This document shows, in pieces, positions 13,454 to 24,907 of a stretch of 64,000 bases of DNA. The first letter of the stretch is position 1. Each line of letters opens with the position of its first letter. Below the pieces are notes generated by a model that was not told the DNA's origin, ran no database searches, and saw only the letters and a program-made list of their open reading frames with translations. The translations under genes were made by a program, and so were the position numbers. This stretch comes from Octopus bimaculoides (Eukaryota): assembly GCF_001194135.2 (NCBI RefSeq), contig NC_068989.1, forward strand, positions 8,013,910-8,077,909, in the 5' to 3' direction.

Positions 13454-13594
13454 CAGCGGTTCTCAACGTTTTTGCACTCGTAACCCCTTAACCAAAAGTT
13501 TGGAACCCACACGACCCGCTAACATCAGCTGATAGTTGAAATTAATATCATCCCAAGCCACTTCTAGCAAGGCTATGTGACCCCTTCCCCACTG
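13454..13594. mobile_element. hAT (Charlie-like) MITE
   Basis: It starts cagcggttctcaac and ends ...ccactg, flanked by an 8-bp TSD atataagc/atataagg (7/8). The right TIR is degenerate. Confidence 0.7.
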
Positions 13595-13854
13595 ATATAA
13601 GGCTTTGCCATGTTCTGCAATTTCAGATCGATTCATACCTCGTAAATGAAACTGGGCCGACTGAAGCAGTCTAGAAATATATCAAGCAAACTGCAGCTTA
13701 ATTCGACCTAATAATTTACGTCAAGGGTACAGACGTCTACGGAATAGTCAACTGCTTACCTGCTAATTCGGTGAACAGGTAATTCAGTTGATCAAACAAC
13801 TGAATCTTCATCGAACAAAACCGATCACAACTATTTATAAAGCGCAACTTAATA

Positions 13855-14261
13855 ACGCCTTTCTACTATTGGCTCAAGGCCTAAAATTGTATGAGTAGGG
13901 GGCTAGTCGGTTTTCTCGACCCTAGTACTTAACTGGTATTTATTCTTATCTACCCCGAAAGGACTAAAGGCAAAGTAGACCACAGCGGAATTTGAACGCA
14001 GATCGGGAAATAGCTAGAAGAAATACCGCTAAGCATTATGTCCGAATCCTTTCTACTATAGGCTAAAGGCCTGGATTTTGTGGGGAGGGGGACAGTCGAT
14101 CACATCGACCTCAATACTCAACTGGTACTTAGATTATCGACCCTGAAAGGATGAAAGGCAAAGTCGACCTCAGCCGAAATTGAACTCAGTACGCAGTGGC
14201 AGACGAAATACCGCTAAGCATTTCGCCCGGCGTGCTAACGATTCTGCCAGCTCGCAGCCTT

Positions 14262-14322
<61 letters not shown>

Positions 14323-14527
14323 GCTTGAAATTTTTCCACAAAGGCAGCCATTTTGGGGGAGGGGTTGAGTCGAATACATCGATCACAGTGTTTCACTGGT
14401 ACTTAATTTATCGACCCCAAAAGGATGAAGGGCAAAGTGGACCTCAGTGGAAATTGAACTCAGAACGTGACAACAGACCGATAAACATTTCGTCCGGCGT
14501 GCTAACGATTCTGCTAGCTCGACGCCT
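13855..14527 (-). mobile_element. Three head-to-tail family B SINEs
   Basis: Copies lie at about 13855-14045, 14045-14260 and 14320-14527, with a (TAA)n spacer between the second and third. Confidence 0.85.
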
Positions 14528-14557
14528 TAAATTATAATGATGATGATGATGATGATG

Positions 14558-14619
<62 letters not shown>

Positions 14620-14949
14620 CCACTGTGCTTCAGTGATCGATGCTCTGGTACCTGACATTGNNNNNNNNNNNNNNNNNNNNNNNNNNNNNNNNNNNNNNNN
14701 NNNNNNNNNNNNNNNNNNNNNNNNNNNNNNNNNNNNNNNNNNNNNNNNNNNNNNNNNNNNNNNNNNNNNNNNNNNNNNNNNNNNNNNNNNNNNNNNNNNN
14801 NNNNNNNNNNNNNNNNNNNNNNNNNNNNNNNNNNNNNNNNNNNNNNNNNNNNNNNNNNNNNNNNNNNNNNNNNNNNNNNNNNNNNNNNNNNNNNNNNNNN
14901 NNNNNNNNNNNNNNNNNNNNNNNNNNNNNNNNNNNNNNNNNNNNNNNNN

Positions 14950-15040
<91 letters not shown>

Positions 15041-15041
<1 letters not shown>

Positions 15042-15460
15042 CCACTGTGCTTCAGTGATCGATGCTCTGGTACCTGACATTGTTGTAGTTGACAAAATGA
15101 AGGAAACCAAGATCATAGACATTACCATACTTGGGGATTTACGAATGGATGCTGAAAGGACTAGATAAAGATTGAAAGATATATTAATCATTAAAAGATG
15201 GCACTACACGAATGTGAGCAATGAAGACAGTAACTGTCATCTTAGTAATTGTTGTGGGCAGCGAGAGCATTAAGAACCAGGTTTGAGAAATTTGTTGGAG
15301 AAATTAGAATTGACATGAGCGTAGAACATGCTCAGGATTTTGAGGTTGGTGCTTGAGTGCTAAGCATTGTGGAAGAAGACCCCGTGAGATCTTTGGCAAC
15401 ATCTTGTTGTCCGCTCTTACAGAATTAACCGAAGCAAGTGCTCTGAAAAAGTTAAATGGA

Positions 15461-15461
<1 letters not shown>
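15041..15461 (+). mobile_element. R4/Dong-clade LINE, 5'-truncated copy with the restriction-like endonuclease domain and 3' UTR, embedded in (TAA)n
   Basis: It translates as VIDALVPDIVVVDKMKETKIIDITILGD (PD-(D/E)xK RLE), VTVILVIVVG, RFEKFVGEIRIDMSVEHAQ and ILRLVLEC*. (TAA)n lies on both sides. Confidence 0.85.
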
Positions 15462-15493
<32 letters not shown>

Positions 15494-15498
15494 TAATA

Positions 15499-15529
<31 letters not shown>

Positions 15530-15531
<2 letters not shown>

Positions 15532-15766
15532 CCTTTCTACTATAGGCACAAGGCCTGAAATTGTTGGGGAGGGGGCCAGTCAGTTAGATCAACCCCAGTA
15601 CTCAATTGGTACTTGTTTTATAGACTTCGAAAGGATGAAAGGCAAAGTGTAGCTCTGGGGAATTTGAACTCAGAACGGAAGGACGGACGAAATGCTGCAA
15701 AGCATTTTATTCGGCGTACTAACGATTCTGCCAGCCTACCGACTGAATGGTAATAATAATAATAAC

Positions 15767-15854
<88 letters not shown>

Positions 15855-16050
15855 CTTTCAAATTTTAGCAAAAGGGCCAACAATTTCGGGGAAGGAGTTA
15901 AATCGATCGCATCACCCTCAGTACTTGACTGGCACTTATTTTATCGACCCCGATAGGATGAAAGTTAGAGTCACCGTCGATGGCATTTGAACCGACAATG
16001 TAAAGAGTCGGAAAAAAATGCCGCTATGCATTTTGTCCAGTTTGCTAACG
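15530..16050 (-). mobile_element. Two family B SINEs separated by (TAA)n
   Basis: Copies lie at about 15530-15745 and 15853-16050 and have different 3' tails. Confidence 0.8.
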
Positions 16051-16614
16051 AATCTTAAATGGCGTAACAACTACTTGGACTATTTGCCCATCAAACTCAT
16101 TCTGCACTTTTATTTTCTTTTAAAAAAATATTTTAACATATCTGATCTAGCTCACTATAAAAACTACCACATTGATCTAAAGCATGGCCATCACTGAAGA
16201 CTCCTACGTATAGAACGAATATTATATTTATTTTGTACCACGGGAGTCACCGGTGATACACACATTAAAATGTGTTAAAATGGCCATTATACCTCCACCT
16301 ACGCATTTGTTTAATTTATTTATGATTTTTTCTACAGATTATATTTCAGATAATATTATATATGCGTTATTAACTTCTTTTCTACATTTGTTTTTTGGCG
16401 GGCAGCGTTCCAATGATGGAGATGATAGTGACCGCATTCTTCTTACCAGGTCCTGTCTTATTGTCTATTGATTCAAATTGAAAAAGCATCCGAGAAATAC
16501 AAACAAACATGTGGACAGTAAATTTCTGTAAGATCGAATAATGTAGTTTGAACTGTAGTAATGTGAGACGCTCTCAAAATAAATCAACATGAAAGTCATC
16601 GATGATTCCCATGG

Positions 16615-16918
16615 TGTATTAACCGGTACTCCGTCGGTCACGACGACGAGTGTCCCAGTTGATCCGATCAACAGAACAGTCTGCTCGGGAAATTAATGTG
16701 CATGTGGCTGGGCACATGTAGTTCTCAGGGAGATTCAGCGTGATACAGAATGTGTCAAGGCCGGTCGTTTTGAATTACAGGTACTACACGTTTTTGCCAG
16801 TTTAGTGGACTGGAGTAACGTGAAATAAAGTGTCTTGTTCAAGGACACGACGTGCTGCTGGGGATCGAACTCACGACCGTAAGCCCAATATCCTAACCAT
16901 TAAGCCACGTACCTTCAC
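16615..16918 (-). mobile_element. tRNA-derived SINE family C1 (CORE-like gttgtgtccttgagcaagacactt segment)
   Basis: It is the reverse complement of the plus-strand copy at about 39693-40015. Confidence 0.85.
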
Positions 16919-17408
16919 TATGATATATTAAGAATATAGCGTAGGGAGTCTCTGGTGTCTCACACCGTAGGCAAAGTGCTATATAAAATTTCCAGTGAAT
17001 ATTTCTTTGTTATCCTTGAATTCTATCGATCCGTTAAGTATGGACATGCTAAAAACTGAGCTTCACTTGTACTAAATCAAAACCTCTCTGTCTAAGTTAG
17101 TTACGAGGACTGTTGTCTTGTCTAGATGAGTTATTGAGGGTAAATAGCTTCGTTACTGTGGAAATATATACATGAAATGATGAATCAGTATAAAATGTCT
17201 AGAAAGGTAGAGTGGAATAAATTCAACTCTTAGTACTTCAATGGTACTCATTTTAATAGTCCTTGGAAAATGTAATGTGAAGTGAACCTCGGTTAAGAAA
17301 CTAAACTGGCGTAGCTGGTTAAGAAGCTTACTTCCCAACCATATGCCCTTGGGTTCGAACCCTCATTGTGGCACTTTGGACCAGAAGAGGTAATTAGAGG
17401 TCTGTCTG

Positions 17409-17442
<34 letters not shown>

Positions 17443-17599
17443 ATGAACTACACGCCAGAGGCCAGAATGGTGCTCGATTGTTTTCTTTAAATGAGAAACA
17501 TGGAAGTTATTTTGTTATAGTCAGGGTTCATGTGCTAAAACAAGACAAAATGAAAGCCGTTTGATTGGTTCAGGTTGCGGAAGTGCGTAGTGGTATCAA

Positions 17600-18190
17600 A
17601 ATCACAATACGTCCTTTAACGGACCGGGACAGGCACGTGCTACTCGGTTCCAAGCAGACGTATGTAACCTTCTTGTTGCACCTTGCATGACTATTAGGAG
17701 TGATCAAGGGGTCAGAAATGATGGTAGACTTTAAGACCAACCTCAACAACCTTCCGCAACACTCAACGGGAGAGGAGAGGTACTGCAAAAGGCTGATAAC
17801 GCCATTGGAATACAGGAGGCAGTGAGCGGCTGAACCAGAGACAGATCGCCTTGTTCGGATAGTGTGCTTTATAAGCTTTGTTATATTCCAGCTTGTTCGG
17901 CGAATAGTTACAACACCTCCATTTTAATTCACCGCCTGACCATCGTGTCTAGTCCTAGCTTCCGTCTGACCAGACCGGAGCATTTGTTTCTTGTTGGAGG
18001 GGACGATGTTCATTGGTTAAGAATGTCTGTTTGCTACCGGCGCCCTCTGTAGGCGGCTTTAACATGCTATGGTTTTTGATGCGTAGACGGGCGCTTAGAT
18101 TACACTACTTACGGAGATACTCGGGGGTAAGCGTTTGTAAGGTGTTTCTGCAACTCGTCCTTTTGACGGAGCAGCAGTTGGAGGTCAACA
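17600..18190 (-). mobile_element. Possible highly decayed LINE RNase H region
   Basis: The minus strand gives VWSDGS*D*TRWSGG (resembling the xTDGS...SG RNase H motif) and later KSTIISD. There are many stops and the match is weak. Confidence 0.25.
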
Positions 18191-18238
18191 AAGGATGAAA
18201 ATTAGGTACCTAGCAACTGGAATGTTGTTAAACATGTT

Positions 18239-18313
<75 letters not shown>

Positions 18314-18471
18314 NNNNNNNNNNNNNNNNNNNNNNNNNNNNNNNNNNNNNNNNNNNNNNNNNNNNNNNNNNNNNNNNNNNNNNNNNNNNNNNNNNNNNNN
18401 NNNNNNNNNNNNNNNNNNNNNNNNNNNNNNNNNNNNNNNNNNNNNNNNNNNNNNNNNNNNNNNNNNNNNNN

Positions 18472-18540
<69 letters not shown>

Positions 18541-18541
<1 letters not shown>

Positions 18542-18625
18542 TTATGTTTGACTTTTGCTTTGCATTTGTACAAGTTGGATCCAAGTCTCACCCAGAGACC
18601 TCAAGAGACAACATGTTAGAAGTTC
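18541..18625 (-). mobile_element. Very short R4/Dong-like 3' end in (TAA)n
   Basis: An 85-bp unique insert has (ATT)n on both sides. On the minus strand it reads ctcttgaggtctctgggtgagacttgg...aaacataaaataataat, resembling Dong-type 3' UTRs. Confidence 0.45.
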
Positions 18626-18641
18626 ATTATTATTATTATTA

Positions 18642-18700
<59 letters not shown>

Positions 18701-18957
18701 GCCGGTGAAGTGGTTAAAGCAGTATTGAACACCAGATCGAACACCTTGCACTATTTGGTTGCACCTTATTGCGTTTTGGTTTCAAAACGTCGACTCAGAC
18801 TCATGGCTTTGATTCTTGTTTTACATATGTATAGGAGTCGATTGAACAAAAAAATATGGTATCATAATATAAAAAAAGAATTGAGGTAGATTACCCGTCA
18901 GGTACTGGAGGGATATAATCAACTAACCCCATTCCGTCTAAAATTCCTGACCTTATG

Positions 18958-19165
18958 CTGGCAGAATCGTTAGCACGCCGGGCAAAATGCTTAGCGGCAT
19001 TTCGTCCGTCTTTACGTTCTAAGTTCAAATGCCACAGAGGTCGCATTTGCCTTTCATCCTTTCGGGGTCTATAAAATAAGTACCAGTCGAGTACTGGGGT
19101 CAATATAATAGACTTAACCATTCCCGTAAATCTCCTGGCCTTGTACCAAAATTTGAAACTATTAT
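18958..19165 (+). mobile_element. SINE family B with the ...ccaaaatttgaaac tail followed by (ATT)n
   Basis: Head, body and tail match the other family B copies. Confidence 0.85.
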
Positions 19166-19174
19166 TATTATTAC

Positions 19175-19210
<36 letters not shown>

Positions 19211-19218
19211 CATTATTG

Positions 19219-19303
19219 AGTGAGAGAGAGCAGTGCATGCCATCAAAGTGACAGTGGAGTAAAATAGACGAAGCCCAGTATACCCATCATTATTACCCGT
19301 CTG
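19219..19303 (-). mobile_element. Short retroposon 3' end in (TAA)n (R4/Dong-like by context)
   Basis: A unique insert sits between two (ATT)n tracts and ends ...cactgctctctctcactcaataat on the minus strand. Confidence 0.4.
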
Positions 19304-19362
<59 letters not shown>

Positions 19363-20406
19363 GTTGTTGTTGAAATTCTTTAGCCTGAACCGAAGCCACT
19401 CTGTAAGTGTTGGATTGTTTCGCCTTTGCCAGCCTCTGTTGAATATACCTTGTTAAAATTTAGTCTTTTCCCTAGATATAATATATACAGGAGAACATAA
19501 CCTAACACGTCCTTTCTTTTTAAAATAATTTATTATCTGGGTTTGAAGAGAAAATGGTTGCTATTTCTAGGTGGTCGAGCAACCACACAGAAACGACCCA
19601 ATTAATTATTATAGATCCAAGTTAAGAAAACAAATCTGGTTTTGATTATTTCTAAAATTTCAGCATCAGAAATAAACACAATCTTATTACTGTAACTAGT
19701 AAAAACTATTAAGAATTAGTTAAGGTTATTTTCAGGCCAAGCAATCAAGGGAGATAAGGCCGAACGTTTGTTTGGAACTTATCACCGTCAACGGTTGTAG
19801 AGTTTTTCGCTCTTGCTTCGAGGCCTGCCGTAACTCGTATTTGCATGCGTTGAGCACGCTTCAACCTCGAAGACGTATTCTAATTTTAATTTGGAAAAAA
19901 TTTTTAAGACGGAAAAAAAATTGAACAAGATACATGTAGATAAAAAAGATCTCAGCTGCCAGTGGCTTAGAGAAGCATAAATTCTGTTCATAATTTTTTT
20001 TTTACCAAACAGAGAGACACGGTAAGTTTTGAAAAGATAACCGCCCCCTCCGGAAGTAAGATTTGCTAATAGAAAAATATAGAACACACAGTAGATGTTT
20101 GAGGCTCGTATTAGGTAAAAAAAAGTACCATTCCCGACGCCTCGAAGGACAATAGTTCCATACAGAAATGGTTGGAATCGGAGATTCACACCAGAAAGAA
20201 AAAAGCCCCCGCGTAACACCGGAAAATGATAATAATTGATATTCTAAATACGAAATACATATTTATGTAATAAAGAGTTGGATTTGATTCAGATATTTTT
20301 AAGAAAAGAAAATATCTCAGAAGTAGATAAGCATTGTGGTCATAATGTTTTTGCATTGCATGTAGCCTCGTTTATCACTGATTCATTCATCACTGATTCA
20401 AGATAA

Positions 20407-20875
20407 TACAGTACGTTCAATTGTGAACCATGTTACGCTTATCACGGATTGATCTGTGATGACGTGGATCGGCGATCGATCGAAAATTCTTCTTGTATCA
20501 CAAGATCGCTCACTAGCGACTACCTACAGTACTCATCTTCCCAGAATGCACTGGCAATTTCTTGTGCTTGCATTACCGAACTACGAGGCTGCGTACTTTA
20601 TATAGTTTTACTTTCTCGTAGCTATCAAAATGCGACCAGCGAAAAGACAAAAATACGCAAGTGTCTGATCCTAACAAATGAGAAAGATGAGTGTATTCTC
20701 TCCAGGAAAAGGTAGATATGATCAAGAAAATACATGACAGTAGATGCTTCACTGCTGTGGGTCGCGAGTTTGATCTCAATGAGCCATTCGTTCCATTCAC
20801 AAAGTGCATGGAGATGATTCATTTATCACTGTGTTATTCTATTTGAACCAAACCTCTGTGATAAACAAGGATAAA
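20407..20875 (+). mobile_element. pogo/Tigger DNA transposon fossil (CENP-B-type HTH)
   Basis: It begins ta-cagt. From the ATG at 20630 the degenerate frame gives MRPAKRQKYAS...RKM...QEKVDMIKKIHDSRCFTAVGREFDLNEPFV. Weak terminal inverted similarity exists (ttatcacgga versus tctgtgataa). Confidence 0.7.
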
Positions 20876-22099
20876 TGTTTGAAATTTTGTCAAACAATAT
20901 GGAAAGGTTGAAGGTAAGCTATATTCCAAATACTTTCACACGTGGAAAGTATTTCTGATAGTTCTCGTTCGAGAGATCTTTAAACAATGTCCTTTATATG
21001 TCTGTGGGGCAGACAGCATCCATAACTGGAGACTCGAAAAGTATCGTTTTTCATTTCGAACCAACGACAGAGTCTCTATTCGGTAATTTGATCCTCTTCA
21101 AATAGTAGCCAAACCTTCAAATTATACCTTTACCGCTTTGAAAATTGGAGGTTCCTCGAGAGGACGTAGTGGTCATGGTTGAAGCAACAGAAACAGCCAC
21201 AACAATAACAACAATAGTAATAATAACAACATATGTCTTATATAAAGATTTGGTGATCTTTGTCCTTACCTCCTTATCTGTAAGCATTTTCTTATCTCAG
21301 CGTCACGGCATCTTCAATCTCCTCAAAAAGCTCAAGGTTTGCGTGTAACATTTGCATGATGCTGGCACTTGTCATGTCTTCTAGAAGTAGTTTGTTACGG
21401 TAACCACACAGTACAGCGTTGATTCTCTCGTCAAACCGACTTTATGAAAAGCATTAAATTTTGTTGTTCTTTTTCAGTTTTGCTGCAGTTATTGTATCAT
21501 TCTGAATTTAAATTCCTCTGAAATCGTCTTTGCTTTTCATTGGTTTCGTACCAGAGAAGTAAAAAGGTAAATATTATCAATCTTTTTATTTTCCACAACT
21601 TTGTGGTTTTGAGTTGAATATAGTCAAAGACGCAACAACCTCCATCTTATTCGATTTATTGTAGAGCATGTTGGCATCATATCTAGCTCTGATCAATTTA
21701 AATCAGTATAAAAGATATGTAGGGTCAATCATCTCTACCAGGAGCATACCTTAGGTACAGTTGATTTCGGTTCCGTTTTCAGAGGTTCGTGGATAAACTC
21801 ACTCATAAATGGATTGAGAATAGGTTGTCTCTGAAAGGTAAGATGCAAATGGTTTCTGTCGATATCGCTTCGTGATGTATTATTGCCTGACTGTTTTGCT
21901 TTAATCCAGGAAACACTGAACAAGATTGGATTTATGCTCTTTCCTTTCCTGAAGAACAGCTTCCTTTGACCACACGACCCAGTTGTTGCTAATAACCACT
22001 CCAGAGGGATTCTTAGAATGTTGTGGCTGATGAAGCGCAGATACGAACAACGGCTGACCCATCTTCAGAGATTCCTGGACGACGACGATGGCGAACAAA

Positions 22100-22232
22100 T
22101 GTGGTTACCGTTTGGCAAAAAAAAAAAGACTTCAATAGTGTGATGTTTGGTGCGCAAACATGCACAATTCCCGGCAGATCTATCAACGACATTCTCCACC
22201 CCTTGCGATAGACCATAGAAAGGGTGGGTTAT
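22100..22232 (+). mobile_element. L1/Tx1 reverse-transcriptase fragment
   Basis: It reads GAQTCTIPGRSINDILHPLR*TIERVG, matching the Tx1 RT motif QTCxIPGRSIxDN. Confidence 0.55.
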
Positions 22233-22327
22233 ATATCTAGTATCAATTTATAATACCTGATATCAATAAAAAGTTATAGTATGCAATATCAAAATAATAC
22301 CTGATATCAATATACTTGAATTAATAA

Positions 22328-22570
22328 AGGCAGCGAGCTGGCAGAACCGTTAGCACGCCGAGCAAAATGCTTAACGGCATTTCGTCCGTCTTTACATTCT
22401 GAGTTCGAATTCTGCCGAGGTCGACTTTGCTTCATATCTTTTCGGGGTCGATAAAGTAAGTAGCAGTTGATTAATGGAGGGTGGGGTGGGGAGGAAGCAT
22501 GTCGATGTCGATGTAATCGTCTTACACCTCCGCCGAAATTGTTGGTCTTGTGCCAAAGTTTGAAACCAAC
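22328..22570 (+). mobile_element. SINE family B copy
   Basis: The head ggcagcgagctggcagaaccgttagcacgcc, the body and the ...gtgccaaagtttgaaacc tail are present. Confidence 0.85.
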
Positions 22571-22990
22571 AGACTTGGATTAATCCAAAGCCTTAGAAGG
22601 GGTCGGCCATCGTTATTTGCTGGTTGTGTTTAATGCCGCAAATTTTAAGAGGCTGGATCGCTTCAGTATACAGTAGCGTTCACTTCATGGTCAAACTAAA
22701 TAATCCCTTTGAACTTAAACTCTTAATCCATCAAACGCGTACTGTCCCGTGGATTCTATACGTCTCTGGTCTTAAGCCATTGATGTGGATGTAAGAGATA
22801 TTAAGTGTTTCTCCGCTTGCACCGAGATGGCGTCGGACACTGAAATATTCGGCGATAATCTGATAGAATACAAGATGGAAGCAAAAGCACTCGTTAGCGG
22901 GAGCTAATCAGCTGGTTTGCAACTCATCACCGTGCTGGTAAGTGTTGTGGGTCGTAGACATTCGGTCTAGTTAAGATGTTTGTGGATTGA

Positions 22991-23047
<57 letters not shown>

Positions 23048-23100
23048 TCCGCCTTAGCGAGGGCAGAGGTATTGNNNNNNNNNNTTATTATTATTATTAT

Positions 23101-23470
23101 TACCTCCGCCTTAGCGAGGGCAGAGGTATTGTTTTCAGTCGTGTTTGTTTCTTTGTTTGTCCGTGGACAAGACGTCTCAAGAACCGCTTGATGGATTCAG
23201 ATGAAAATTTCAGGGATGTTTGGCCTCGTGACTGGCACGAACTGATTAGAATTTGGGATCGATCCGATACCAGACAAGGATTCTGGATTATTTTTCCGTT
23301 TTTTTTTTTTACTTAATTTTTGAGAGCAGATGGGTTCATTTTCAGTATTCTCGTTTGTGAGAGCAGTCAAGTTTATTTCAGATATTCTTATTTTAAACAT
23401 CATCTTCGGCTAATCGTTGACAGGATGTTGGTGTTGCCTTGGCGGAGGTTTGCGCTCCATGAGTGCTCTT
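23101..23470 (+). mobile_element. DINE-1/HINE-like non-autonomous Helentron inserted in (ATT)n
   Basis: The 5' subTIR cctccgcc (23103) can pair with the nearby gggcagagg and with the 3' subTIR ccttggcggagg (23437-23448). A short hairpin gcgctc-cat-gagtgc (23452-23466) lies near the 3' end, and a tgtttgtttc-type tract lies near the 5' end. Confidence 0.7.
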
Positions 23471-23483
23471 GTTATTATTATTA

Positions 23484-23539
<56 letters not shown>

Positions 23540-23549
23540 GTTATTTTTA

Positions 23550-23617
<68 letters not shown>

Positions 23618-23619
<2 letters not shown>

Positions 23620-23834
23620 GGCGGTGAGCTGGCAGAATCGTTAGGACACCGGGAGAAATGCTTAGCAGTATTTAATCCGTCTTCATGTTCTGGGGAGTTC
23701 AAATTCCGTTGATCACGACTTTGCTTTCATTCTTTCGGGATCGATGAAATAAGTACCAGTTGCATACTAGGGTCGATATATTCCACTAACCCAACTCCCC
23801 CAAATTTCAGGCCCTTGTGCCTATCGTAGAAAGG

Positions 23835-23893
<59 letters not shown>

Positions 23894-23998
23894 GTGTTTT
23901 ACTTCCTGCAGTTTTGTTTCGGTTTCTTGCCGAGTGTCTTCGCGACACCCAGGATAAAGAAACTCACTGTNNNNNNNNNNATAATAATAATAATAATG

Positions 23999-24044
<46 letters not shown>

Positions 24045-24046
24045 TG

Positions 24047-24085
<39 letters not shown>

Positions 24086-24279
24086 GTAATAATAATAATG
24101 ATAACATGGAAGATTATCGTTCTCGCAACAACAATGACGTACAAGTTTTTATAATTCTGGCAGGGTTGGCTAGCCAAGGATTATCCTTAAATAATTTTCA
24201 GTTTGGTAATTCCCAGTGCTCTTACAAACACTGGTATTGTAACCGCCTTGAGATGCCACATCATCATCATCATCATAAC

Positions 24280-24345
<66 letters not shown>

Positions 24346-24585
24346 TACTAGGGCGGTGAGCTGAAAGAATCGTTAGCACGCTGGATGAAATGCTTAAGCG
24401 GTAGTTCGCCCGTCGCTACTTTCTGGGTTCAAATTCCACCGAGGTCGATTTTGACTTTCATCCTTTCGGGGGTCTGTAAAATAAGTACCAGTTGAAGAGT
24501 GGGTCGATGTAATCGACTCAGCCTCCCCATCCCGCCAAAGTGCTGCCCTTGTGACAACATTTGAACCATTATTATTGTTATTATC

Positions 24586-24634
<49 letters not shown>

Positions 24635-24845
24635 GGGCGGTGATCTGGCAGAATCTTTAGCACGCCGGACGAAATGTTTTGTAGCATTTTGTCCGTCTTT
24701 CCGTTCTCGGTTCAAGTTCCGCCGCGGTCGACTTTACTTTTCATACTTTCGTGGTAGATAAAGTAAGTACCAGTTGAACACTGGGGCCGATATAATCGGC
24801 TCATTCTCACCTCCCCCAAGCTGCTCTTGTGGCAAAAATTTGAAA

Positions 24846-24907
<62 letters not shown>

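Noticed and set aside
14590-15080. Direct duplication of ccactgtgcttcagtgatcgatgctctggtacctgacattg on both sides of a gap; similar cases at 23041/23095, 38860/39053 and 41800/41965
   Set aside because: Identical sequence flanking N-gaps is typical of unmerged contig overlaps, not biological duplication.
22826-22945. ATG in a gagatggcg context (MASDTEIFGDNLIEYKMEAKALVSGS*) with a downstream gtaagt donor
   Set aside because: It has only 26 codons and no recognisable homology or supporting acceptor or promoter.
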